DNA from: Bacilli bacterium
GTDB taxonomy: Bacteria; Bacillota_I; Bacilli_A; RFN20; CAG-826
Direction of reading: 5' to 3'
Assembly (NCBI GenBank): GCA_041654855.1
Contig: JBAZCS010000002.1
Coordinates: forward strand, 1 to 63,859
DNA length: 63,859 nucleotides
Part shown: one piece after another, positions 33,260-40,807 of the stretch
Numbering within the stretch: position 1 is the first letter of the stretch
How the letters are laid out: every line of letters begins with the position of its first letter
Position numbers and translations under genes: made by a program
Notes under the pieces: model-generated
Seen by the model: only the letters and a program-made list of their open reading frames with translations
Databases searched by the model: none
What the model was told of the DNA's origin: nothing

Positions 33260-33714
33260 TCCCGCACCACCTTTACCATATAGTAAGCGTCGTCACCATT
33301 AGCGTAAAATTTACGCTTTGTCGTAATAATATTAAAACCATGATTTAAATATAAGGCAATCGCTGCTTCGTTATGCGTTCGCACTTCTAACGTAATCGCT
33401 CTTATTTCTTCTAATCTTTCAATGCGGTCTAAAAAGTGCGCCATTAGTAAGGTGCCAAGCTTTTTACCTTGTACATTTGGGTGAATCGCAAATTGAACAA
33501 TTGAAACACTATCAAATGTAACCCAAAAGTGAATGTAGCCAATAACTACTTCAGCGTAAGTCATGACGAAAAAATACGCTAGGTCATTATTTAGTTCATC
33601 TGTATAAGAACTAAGTGGCCACGGATCAGGAAACACTAAATGAGCAATATCATTAACGGCTTCAATATCGCTAAAGGTCATCGGACGAATAATTAGTTTC
33701 TTTTCTTCTTGCAT
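33256..33714 (-). CDS. rimI: ribosomal-protein-alanine N-acetyltransferase (GNAT)
   Basis: 152-aa GNAT ORF in the conserved position between tsaB and tsaD. Confidence 0.8.
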   Translation of the reverse strand: MQEEKKLIIRPMTFSDIEAVNDIAHLVFPDPWPLSSYTDELNNDLAYFFVMTYAEVVIGYIHFWVTFDSVSIVQFAIHPNVQGKKLGTLLMAHFLDRIERLEEIRAITLEVRTHNEAAIALYLNHGFNIITTKRKFYANGDDAYYMVKVVRE

Positions 33715-33715
33715 A

Positions 33716-34297
33716 TTAACCCTTTAAATACACCGGCTTAAAAGCGGCGATATCATCTACTTTATTTTCTTCTTTAATGGCTTGTAACATATTCGCAAAA
33801 CGGTCATAAGAAACTGCGCTTATTCCTAAGTGTTTTGTTTCGCCTCCTAATGCATAACCTTGCTCATTAACGTAATGCATTACGTCATCATTCGTAAGGA
33901 TTTTATCTTCCAAAATAACTTCATTTTGACTATATATCCCGGCAAAAGAGCGGTTGTTTCTTGCGTCTAACACACAAATAGTCGGTTTTAAATCATTTTT
34001 ATATACATATAAACTTGAAACTTTATAAAGATTTATTTTTAACGCATATGCCCAAATTTTTGCAACGTTAACAGCGATACGAACACCAGTAAAAGAGCCC
34101 GGTCCATAGGCGACGACAATGTTATTTATTGCTTGTGGTTTAATGTTGGTTTCTAGTAAAAGTTCATTAATCTTTGCGACTAATAATTCACTTTGCGTTT
34201 GGAAAGCTTTTTCGTCATAACTTGCGATTACTTTTTGCCCTTTAGCGAGCGCGATACTTAAGCGATTACTGGAAGAATCTAAAAGTAGGCTAATCAT
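33716..34297 (-). CDS. tsaB: tRNA threonylcarbamoyladenosine biosynthesis protein TsaB
   Basis: 193-aa ORF with a YeaZ-like N-terminus (LLLDSSSNRLSIAL...GPGSFTGVRI). Confidence 0.88.
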   Translation of the reverse strand: MISLLLDSSSNRLSIALAKGQKVIASYDEKAFQTQSELLVAKINELLLETNIKPQAINNIVVAYGPGSFTGVRIAVNVAKIWAYALKINLYKVSSLYVYKNDLKPTICVLDARNNRSFAGIYSQNEVILEDKILTNDDVMHYVNEQGYALGGETKHLGISAVSYDRFANMLQAIKEENKVDDIAAFKPVYLKG

Positions 34298-34755
34298 TTA
34301 AAATCCTCTGCGATCTTTTTAATAACATTTTCATAATGCTCTTGGCCAAAAAATGTTATTTCTCTTACCTCTAAACTAATATGTTTTATGTTTATTTCTA
34401 AGGCATTATTTGGTAATAAGTGTTTTATATAAAGTGGCCATTCAATGACGGTAATACCTTCACCACCAATAAATTCATCAAGCCCAATATCATCTTGATT
34501 ATCTTCTAAGCGATAGGCATCAATGTGGAATAAAGGTGTCGTTCCCTTTAAATAAATTTTCATAATATTAAAGGTCGGACTATTTACTTTTTCTTCAATA
34601 TTTAAACCGCGAGCAATTCCTTTAGTGATTGTTGTTTTACCCGCGCCTAAATCACCAGTTAATAAAATGACATCACCCACCTTTAAAAGTGTGGCGAGTT
34701 TTTCACCAAGGGTTAAGGTTTCAAGTTCGTTTTTGCTTTTAAATGTGTGCTTCAT
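34294..34755 (-). CDS. tsaE: tRNA threonylcarbamoyladenosine biosynthesis ATPase TsaE
   Basis: 153-aa ORF with P-loop GDLGAGKTT. Confidence 0.9.
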   Translation of the reverse strand: MKHTFKSKNELETLTLGEKLATLLKVGDVILLTGDLGAGKTTITKGIARGLNIEEKVNSPTFNIMKIYLKGTTPLFHIDAYRLEDNQDDIGLDEFIGGEGITVIEWPLYIKHLLPNNALEINIKHISLEVREITFFGQEHYENVIKKIAEDFK

Positions 34756-34766
34756 AATGCGAAAAA

Positions 34767-34775
34767 ATTATACCA
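34767..34775 (-). promoter_or_regulatory. extended -10 box TGgTATAAT, 11 nt upstream of the tsaE ATG
   Basis: Minus strand reads cgtggTATAATttttcgcattATG, with no SD. Confidence 0.4.
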
Positions 34776-34810
34776 CGAATTAATGGTTTTAACTTCCTTT
34801 TCAATTCACT

Positions 34811-35341
34811 TTATTCATTAACTGTTTCTTTAAGAAACACTTCATATAATCTTTTAACTTCTTCAATGTCAAATGGGAACGTATGTTCATTCATCATTTT
34901 TGAAACTTCTGACTGCTTGTGTTCAATAATTTTTGATAATTCTTTCGAATAATGATAGTTTTCAATATTGCGTAAGTATTCATGTTTATCTAAAAATTTA
35001 ATGCCGCCATCGGTAAAAAGTTTAACGTCTAAATCATAATCAATATACTTTGCAATGCCGCGATCAATAAGCGTTGGGGAAGCGATGTTTGTGTAAAAGA
35101 CAACCCCTTCTTCTTTAATCATTCCAATGACATTAAACCAATCATCTTTACTAAAAAAGGTTATTGCTGGTTCTCTTGTATACCATTTACGGCCATTGCC
35201 TTCAATAACTTGGGTGCTACTTGAGCCAACAATTAACCATTTATCATTATTTTCTAAAACGTAGCTTTTGCGCCAAAAACGATGAAGCGCACCATCATGT
35301 TTATAACTTTGGATTCTTATCCAGCGACCTTTAATACTCAT
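34811..35341 (-). CDS. DUF402 family protein (nucleoside tri/diphosphatase Ntdp/YgaC-like)
   Basis: 176-aa ORF starting IQSYKHDGALHRFW, with KYIDYDLDVK, typical of the DUF402 family. Confidence 0.7.
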   Translation of the reverse strand: MSIKGRWIRIQSYKHDGALHRFWRKSYVLENNDKWLIVGSSSTQVIEGNGRKWYTREPAITFFSKDDWFNVIGMIKEEGVVFYTNIASPTLIDRGIAKYIDYDLDVKLFTDGGIKFLDKHEYLRNIENYHYSKELSKIIEHKQSEVSKMMNEHTFPFDIEEVKRLYEVFLKETVNE

Positions 35342-35400
35342 AAAAAACTACCAAACCTTCAGTTGATGGTTTGATTTTAACATATTATCGGCAAATTTTC

Positions 35401-36393
35401 TTATAAGAGTGATAGGAAATTGTTAACTTTTGTTATATGTTCTTTAAATTTAGCAATTGCATCACTTGGAACTTCTTCTTTATAAGGGACGACCATTAAA
35501 GCATCGCTATACGTTAAAGTAATCGCTACTTTGTTTTCATATAATGAAACACTGACGTCCGCTAGTTCTTGATCGGGGACAATTTCTAAAATGGCATTAA
35601 GTGCTTTTAACGGTAATTTCTTCTTCGCTTCTTTATTCGTAGCGTAGAGCAGATAACGTGGTTTGTCATCAAGTAATTCTAAATCAGCAATATCATCTGG
35701 ACCACCAGCGTCTTTAAATAATGTGGGATCAGGTTTTAAATATAAAATCACTCGACCTTCAACACTTTCACTGGCGGTGGCGTTAATAAATTTACCTAAA
35801 AACGCCGCTCTAGCTCTTTTGCCGTCTTGACGGTAGGCGACAAAGTCAGCGAGTTCAACCTCAAAGCGGCCAACACTATATTTTGATAAATTACGTGAAT
35901 TTGTATCAATGATGTCTTTTAATAATCGCGCATCCGTAAATGCTTTTTTGGGAATTTCGCCACCAAAATCAAAAGTATAGTTACTAATTTTTGAATCGGC
36001 GAGCGCAATCTCATTCACAGATAGGTTATAATCCGCCATATATTTTTTAATGCGATTTGTTAACCGATTACGATGAAATCTTGAAAACACAAAGGAGCCA
36101 ATAAGTGTAAGGATAATTAAAATAACACCCGCCCACGTTCCTGTTGGTGGATTAAGTGGGAAAATAACTAAATACGCCACAATAATAATTACAATAACAA
36201 TCGCGGATGATAAATAACTAATCCACCGCGAAACATTGTATGCTTTTACAAAAGACTTTTTATGTTCTTCTAATTCGGGATACTTAACTTCTTCTTTATG
36301 TTCCACTACGACATCTTCATTGGCAAAAGATTGTTCTTCTTCTGCCGGGGTTACCTCTTCTTCAGTAACCTTAACAATTTTCTTTTCTTCCAT
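35401..36393 (-). CDS. two-TM membrane protein with an acidic N-terminus, unknown function
   Basis: 330-aa ORF with SD AGAGGTA: about 50 acidic residues, two TM helices, then a roughly 230-aa soluble domain. Confidence 0.7.
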   Translation of the reverse strand: MEEKKIVKVTEEEVTPAEEEQSFANEDVVVEHKEEVKYPELEEHKKSFVKAYNVSRWISYLSSAIVIVIIIVAYLVIFPLNPPTGTWAGVILIILTLIGSFVFSRFHRNRLTNRIKKYMADYNLSVNEIALADSKISNYTFDFGGEIPKKAFTDARLLKDIIDTNSRNLSKYSVGRFEVELADFVAYRQDGKRARAAFLGKFINATASESVEGRVILYLKPDPTLFKDAGGPDDIADLELLDDKPRYLLYATNKEAKKKLPLKALNAILEIVPDQELADVSVSLYENKVAITLTYSDALMVVPYKEEVPSDAIAKFKEHITKVNNFLSLL

Positions 36394-36400
36394 AATACCT

Positions 36401-37039
36401 CTATTCTATATCTCGTAAAATGCGCGCCGCAACACGATCGCCTTTAGCGGCAGCTTTTTCTAAATATTCTTTAGCTTTTCCAAGGTCCCGGAGTAATCCG
36501 CGACCACTAATATATGCTTTCCCAACTTGGACTTCAGCTTTAACATAACCAAGATTTGCAGACTTTTCATAGAAAGTGAAGGCTTTTGTAACATCTTTTG
36601 TTACTCCTAAACCATTTTCATAAAAGTAACCAATCTTATAGAAAGCTTTGGCGAATTGTTGTTCGGCAGCTTTTTCATACCATTTCAGCGCTAATTCATA
36701 ATCTTGGGCAATAATGGTACCGCGTTCATAAGCAATTCCCATGTTATATTGGGCCGCATCATGACCTTTTGTCGCCGCACTATGAAAATATTCAAAACCT
36801 TTTTGTTTATCTTCGGGCACACCTTTGCCGTAGAAAAAGCAATAACCTAAAACTGTATCAGCAGCAGGATAGCCAAGTGCTTCGGACTGATAAGCAAGTT
36901 CGAGTCCACGTTTGTTGTCTTCGGCAATACCTTCGCCTTGGACGAGACGCCGTGCAAGTTCATGCATAGCAGCCGGATCATTTGCAGAAATGAGCCGTTC
37001 GAGTTCTTGATTAGTCTTTTTGGTGTAATTTAAAATCAT
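36401..37039 (-). CDS. Sel1-like repeat (SLR/TPR-family) protein, no signal peptide
   Basis: 212-aa ORF with about 5 tandem 36-aa repeats matching the Sel1 pattern (A..W/Y..AA..G...A...LG..Y..G.GV..D...A). Confidence 0.85.
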   Translation of the reverse strand: MILNYTKKTNQELERLISANDPAAMHELARRLVQGEGIAEDNKRGLELAYQSEALGYPAADTVLGYCFFYGKGVPEDKQKGFEYFHSAATKGHDAAQYNMGIAYERGTIIAQDYELALKWYEKAAEQQFAKAFYKIGYFYENGLGVTKDVTKAFTFYEKSANLGYVKAEVQVGKAYISGRGLLRDLGKAKEYLEKAAAKGDRVAARILRDIE

Positions 37040-37082
37040 ATTCAGTCCCCCTTTTAGTATAACATACTAAAGATTAGAGGGC

Positions 37083-37676
37083 TTATTTATATTGCTCGGG
37101 TAGTTTTTGGTGAAACATCACTAAAGTTTGATAAAGCATAAAGAGCATACTTAAACTAACGAGCCCGCTGATGGCCATCGGTGGTCCGTTATAAACAATT
37201 CCACCCCAATAAGTTGTGTTATAAAAGATAACGCTACTTAGGCTTGACCATAAAATTCTAAGAGTTACTCCGGCTACAACCGCAAGTGTTAAAAAGATAA
37301 AGTTTAAGACAACTGTTTTATTTTCTTTAAAGACGAGTGGGGTGAATAAAGAAATAATTGATAAAGATCCATACGCTAAAAGGTAATCAATGGGGAATGT
37401 GTGTAACCCATAACCATCTAATATGTTCGTAAGAAAGCCGTAAATGATGCCAATGCCGATAAAACTATCTAAGATTGGAAATCTTAAGGCTAAAATAATA
37501 AGCGGAAGCATCGTTAGACTAAATGATGCAGCTTCGCCAATTCTAATTTTTAAAAATGGCAAGTCAAAAATAATTGCGATTGCGATTAATGCCGCCATTT
37601 CTACCATCCCTCTAACCGTAATAAAACGGCCAAAAAGGACAATCTTCTTTTTGGGTGTGGGTGTTACTTGTTCCAT
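37083..37676 (-). CDS. thiT: thiamine transporter, ECF S-component ThiT
   Basis: About 197 aa and 6 TM, with helix-by-helix resemblance to ThiT. The start is set at the ATG at 37676 (MEQVTPT) with AAGGAGGTA upstream. It sits immediately behind a TPP riboswitch. Confidence 0.8.
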   Translation of the reverse strand: MEQVTPTPKKKIVLFGRFITVRGMVEMAALIAIAIIFDLPFLKIRIGEAASFSLTMLPLIILALRFPILDSFIGIGIIYGFLTNILDGYGLHTFPIDYLLAYGSLSIISLFTPLVFKENKTVVLNFIFLTLAVVAGVTLRILWSSLSSVIFYNTTYWGGIVYNGPPMAISGLVSLSMLFMLYQTLVMFHQKLPEQYK

Positions 37677-37693
37677 AGTGTACCTCCTTAAAC

Positions 37694-37717
37694 AAAAAAC
37701 CTCCACTGACGTGAAGG
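37694..37717 (-). terminator. riboswitch expression-platform terminator
   Basis: Minus strand has CCUUCAC-GUCA-GUGGAGG (7 bp, one G-U) followed by U6, located between the aptamer and the thiT SD. Confidence 0.7.
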
Positions 37718-37721
37718 TTCA

Positions 37722-37806
37722 CTTTCCCTACGCCAGCATTACCTGTATCAGGTTAACGGTCGAACGTTTAATTGTTCCTCTCAGCCAGGCATACCTAGCT
37801 CCCGTA
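37722..37806 (-). promoter_or_regulatory. TPP (THI-box) riboswitch aptamer
   Basis: RNA reads ACGGGAGC...GGCUGAGAGG...CGACCGUUAACCUGAUACAGGUAAUGCUGGCGUAGGGAA. It contains the conserved CUGAGA, ACCUGAU and GCGUAGGGA blocks. Confidence 0.9.
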
Positions 37807-37812
37807 GTATTA

Positions 37813-37821
37813 ATTATAACA
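37813..37821 (-). promoter_or_regulatory. extended -10 box TGtTATAAT driving the TPP riboswitch/thiT transcript
   Basis: Located about 7 nt upstream of the first aptamer nucleotides, just after the ung stop. Confidence 0.55.
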
Positions 37822-37851
37822 AAGTGTAGTTATAAACCTTTTATATATGAC

Positions 37852-38514
37852 TTAGTTTTGCCAATTAATAGGTTCTAAGCCATGTTTTTTTAAATATTTG
37901 TTTGTTTTAGAAAAGTGTTTGCAACCAAAGAAACCACCCCGATTTGCACTTAAGGGTGAGGGATGATTAGCTTTTAACACTAATTTATTGTCGCCATTTA
38001 TATATTTTTCATAGACTTTGGCTTTCGCACCCCATAAAAGAAAGACAATCGGTTGTTTTCTTTTGTTTAAGGCCATTAAAACTTCAGCGGTAAGTGTTTC
38101 GTATTCTAGTGTATTGTGTGATAGGGGTTTGCCTTCTTCAACCGTAAGTGATGTATTAAGTAAAAACACACCTTGCTTTGCAAGATAAGTCAAATCACCA
38201 TCATTTTGCATAGTTATGCCAAGGTCACTACTTATTTCGCGATATATATTTCGTAAACTTGGCGGTAGTCTTACACCACTTGGCACAGAAAAAGCTAGCC
38301 CCATCGCTTGGCCTTTTTGGTGATACGGATCTTGACCAATAATAACAACTTTAACTTTATCTAATGGTGTTAAAGTAAAGGCTTTAAACACATCTTCTCT
38401 TTTTGGATACACTTTCTTTTCGTATACTTTATCAAGAAAGGTTAAAATGTTTTGAAAGTAAAGTGATTCTTGTGCTTCTTTAAAAAAATCTTCCCAACTA
38501 TTAATAATTTTCAT
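37852..38514 (-). CDS. ung: uracil-DNA glycosylase (family 1)
   Basis: 220-aa ORF with GQDPYH and HPSPLSA motifs. Confidence 0.95.
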   Translation of the reverse strand: MKIINSWEDFFKEAQESLYFQNILTFLDKVYEKKVYPKREDVFKAFTLTPLDKVKVVIIGQDPYHQKGQAMGLAFSVPSGVRLPPSLRNIYREISSDLGITMQNDGDLTYLAKQGVFLLNTSLTVEEGKPLSHNTLEYETLTAEVLMALNKRKQPIVFLLWGAKAKVYEKYINGDNKLVLKANHPSPLSANRGGFFGCKHFSKTNKYLKKHGLEPINWQN

Positions 38515-38520
38515 ACGTAT

Positions 38521-38529
38521 ATTATAACA
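38521..38529 (-). promoter_or_regulatory. extended -10 box TGtTATAAT, 6 nt upstream of the ung ATG; candidate leaderless promoter
   Basis: Minus strand reads aatgtTATAATatacgtATG, with no SD. Confidence 0.5.
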
Positions 38530-38581
38530 TTATGACTTCTCCTCGTCTTATCGGTTTATAGTAAGTAGCAAATAATTATTG

Positions 38582-38587
38582 TATAAT
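38582..38587 (+). promoter_or_regulatory. -10 box TATAAT, 7 nt upstream of the ATG at 38595; candidate leaderless promoter
   Basis: Sequence reads attgTATAATtacatatATGAAAATACTC, with no SD. Confidence 0.5.
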
Positions 38588-38594
38588 TACATAT

Positions 38595-39671
38595 ATGAAA
38601 ATACTCATTGTATTCAATCATCCAGCCCCTTATAAAGTAGCACTCTTTAATGGTTTAGCGAAAGTTCATGATGTTCATGTTATTTTTGAACGTTTAAAAG
38701 CAAAAAACCGGAATCGTCATTTTTATAATGAGGCTAACTATGATTTTACTTTGCATAGTATTAAAGGTATTAATCTTGGTAATGAAAACCACTTGTCTTG
38801 GGGTGTCGTTCGCCACTTAAAAAAACATAAATATGATTTAATAATTATGAACGGCTATTCGACCCTTACCGAAATGCTTGCGCTTCGCTATTTAAAAAGG
38901 AAACAAATTCCTTATGCCTTCTACATTAATGGGGGCATTGTTAAAAGCGACAAAAAGTTTATTAAAAGGATAAAAACATACTTCATTAGTGGCGCAAAAT
39001 ACTATTTTAGTCCGGCTAAAAAAGCTAATGAGTATTTAATTCATTATGGGGCGCCAAGTGATAAGATCTTTAACTATCCTTATTCAACCGTGTACGCGAA
39101 AGATGTTTTAACAAACAAGATAAGTGATGAAATTAAAGAAGCGTTTTGGAAAGAAAAAGGTGTTACTGGTAAAAACTTTACGATTTGTATAACTAGTTTT
39201 ATCAAAAGAAAAAATAATTTAAGTCTTATTAAATCGTGGGTTAATATAAATAAAGATAATGCTCTTATTTTAGTTGGCGAGGGGCCGGAAGAAAAATTAT
39301 ATCGCCAATTTATTGAAGCAAATAATTTAACTAACGTGTATTTATTGCCTTTTGCTAATAAAGAATTAGTGTTTCGCTATTTAAGCCACTCCCACAACGC
39401 TGTATACATTAGTAATTATGATATTTATGGTCATGTTATTAATGAAGCGCTGGCCCACGGCTTAAATGTCTTAACAAATACAAATATGGTTGCGGCCCAT
39501 AAGGCAATTAAGAATGGGGAAAACGGCTTTATTATGCAACCTGATGAAAAGCTTAATGATAAACTACAACTACTTTTTTCCGCGGACTTTTTTAAAGCAG
39601 CAACCAAAAGCGCAATTACTATTGAACAATCAATTGCCATTCATCTTGAAATATTAGGAGGAGAGTTATGA
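38595..39671 (+). CDS. GT-B glycosyltransferase (GT4/group 1 type)
   Basis: 358-aa ORF starting MKILIVFNH, with a C-terminal half of ...LVGEGPEE... and YGHVINEALAHGLNVLTN (EX7E-like region). Confidence 0.8.
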   Translation: MKILIVFNHPAPYKVALFNGLAKVHDVHVIFERLKAKNRNRHFYNEANYDFTLHSIKGINLGNENHLSWGVVRHLKKHKYDLIIMNGYSTLTEMLALRYLKRKQIPYAFYINGGIVKSDKKFIKRIKTYFISGAKYYFSPAKKANEYLIHYGAPSDKIFNYPYSTVYAKDVLTNKISDEIKEAFWKEKGVTGKNFTICITSFIKRKNNLSLIKSWVNINKDNALILVGEGPEEKLYRQFIEANNLTNVYLLPFANKELVFRYLSHSHNAVYISNYDIYGHVINEALAHGLNVLTNTNMVAAHKAIKNGENGFIMQPDEKLNDKLQLLFSADFFKAATKSAITIEQSIAIHLEILGGEL

Positions 39672-40777
39672 AAATATTATATTTAACTACTGCTCGCCAC
39701 CCTGAAGATTACGCAAAATTTCTCATGACCAACAAAACAGCACCTAACCCAAGTAATCAACACTTTCACACGAAGTTAATTAATTTACTTAGTGAAAAAT
39801 ATGAAGTTATCGCTTTTAGCACTCGACCCATGGAAAAAGATCTCTTTTTAAAAGACGTCAGAAAAGATAATTACTTTTATCCAGGATACTTAAATATACC
39901 TTATGTTAAAAAGATTGGCATATTAACTGGTGGCCAAAATTTAGCGCGTCTTGAAAAGCCTAATTTCCTAGTAGTTGATGTTATGAATACGACACTTCTT
40001 AAACTAGCGCGAAGGATTAAAGAAATATATAAAGTCCCGGTTATCGGCGTTTTAACGGATAATCCATTAAACATTACGGGGAGCAAAAAAGAATATAGTC
40101 AAAGTGTTTTTAAAGGTAGTAAGAAGTGTGATGGCTATATTGCCTTAACAAATGGACTTGTTCGTCTATTTGATGGGATACATAAACCATATATAATTTC
40201 CCCTGGATTTATTGAAAAAAGCGATGAAACGCAAGGAAAAACCACAAAATACGCCTTTTTTGCAGGAGCATTATACGAACGATATGGGGTACAAAAACTA
40301 ATTGATACTTTTGCGCTTAAAGATATACCGTATAAACTTTATATTGCCGGCCATGGCCCGCTTGCAAAGACATTAACGGAACTTAAAAATGATAACATCG
40401 TTTTCCTTGGTCATATTACACCGGAAGCCGCGAAGAAATATTCTAGTGAAGCGTTAGTTAATATTAACCCACGTCCTAAAGATGAACAAATTGATTTATA
40501 TTCCATTCCCTCTAAACTTTTAGACTTTATAAATAGCGGCACTGTTACAATCTCTACCCATAACTCCGAGATACATAATTTAGTCGGCGACGATATATAT
40601 TGGATTAGTGATAACGAACCATTAACAATCGCTAATGCGTTAAAAGATATTGACCAAAATTATAATAAATACGCCTTGAAAGCAACATCAGCAAAAACTA
40701 AGCTGAACACGCTTTTAAGTAGTGATAATCAGCTAGCGGCTTTTGCACAATTAGTGGAAAAATTGAAAAAGTTATAG
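39668..40777 (+). CDS. GT-B glycosyltransferase (group 1 type)
   Basis: 369-aa ORF with an ATGA-type 4-nt overlap and SD GGAGGAGAG. The C-terminal half has FFAGALYERYGV...IAGHGPL...IPSKLLDFINSGTV. Confidence 0.75.
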   Translation: MKILYLTTARHPEDYAKFLMTNKTAPNPSNQHFHTKLINLLSEKYEVIAFSTRPMEKDLFLKDVRKDNYFYPGYLNIPYVKKIGILTGGQNLARLEKPNFLVVDVMNTTLLKLARRIKEIYKVPVIGVLTDNPLNITGSKKEYSQSVFKGSKKCDGYIALTNGLVRLFDGIHKPYIISPGFIEKSDETQGKTTKYAFFAGALYERYGVQKLIDTFALKDIPYKLYIAGHGPLAKTLTELKNDNIVFLGHITPEAAKKYSSEALVNINPRPKDEQIDLYSIPSKLLDFINSGTVTISTHNSEIHNLVGDDIYWISDNEPLTIANALKDIDQNYNKYALKATSAKTKLNTLLSSDNQLAAFAQLVEKLKKL

Positions 40778-40795
40778 TTTTTAATAAAATTATCA

Positions 40796-40801
40796 TATAA
40801 T
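40796..40801 (+). promoter_or_regulatory. -10 box TATAAT, 6 nt upstream of the ATG at 40808; candidate internal leaderless promoter
   Basis: Sequence reads tatcaTATAATttactcATG, with no SD. Confidence 0.4.
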
Positions 40802-40807
40802 TTACTC

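Noticed and set aside
35342-35373. Hairpin CAAACC/GGTTTG plus U6 abutting the DUF402 start codon
   Set aside because: The stem is 6 bp with a 10-nt loop, and 4 nt separate it from the U-run. It would terminate right at the next gene's ATG, so it is too weak and ambiguous to call.
37047-37081. Hairpin CTTTTAGTAT-aac-ATACTAAAG between the thiT stop and the Sel1-gene SD
   Set aside because: It has about 9 bp with a bulge, no U-run, and overlaps only the first G of the SD. I cannot tell whether it is a processing/stability element, a weak terminator or nothing.
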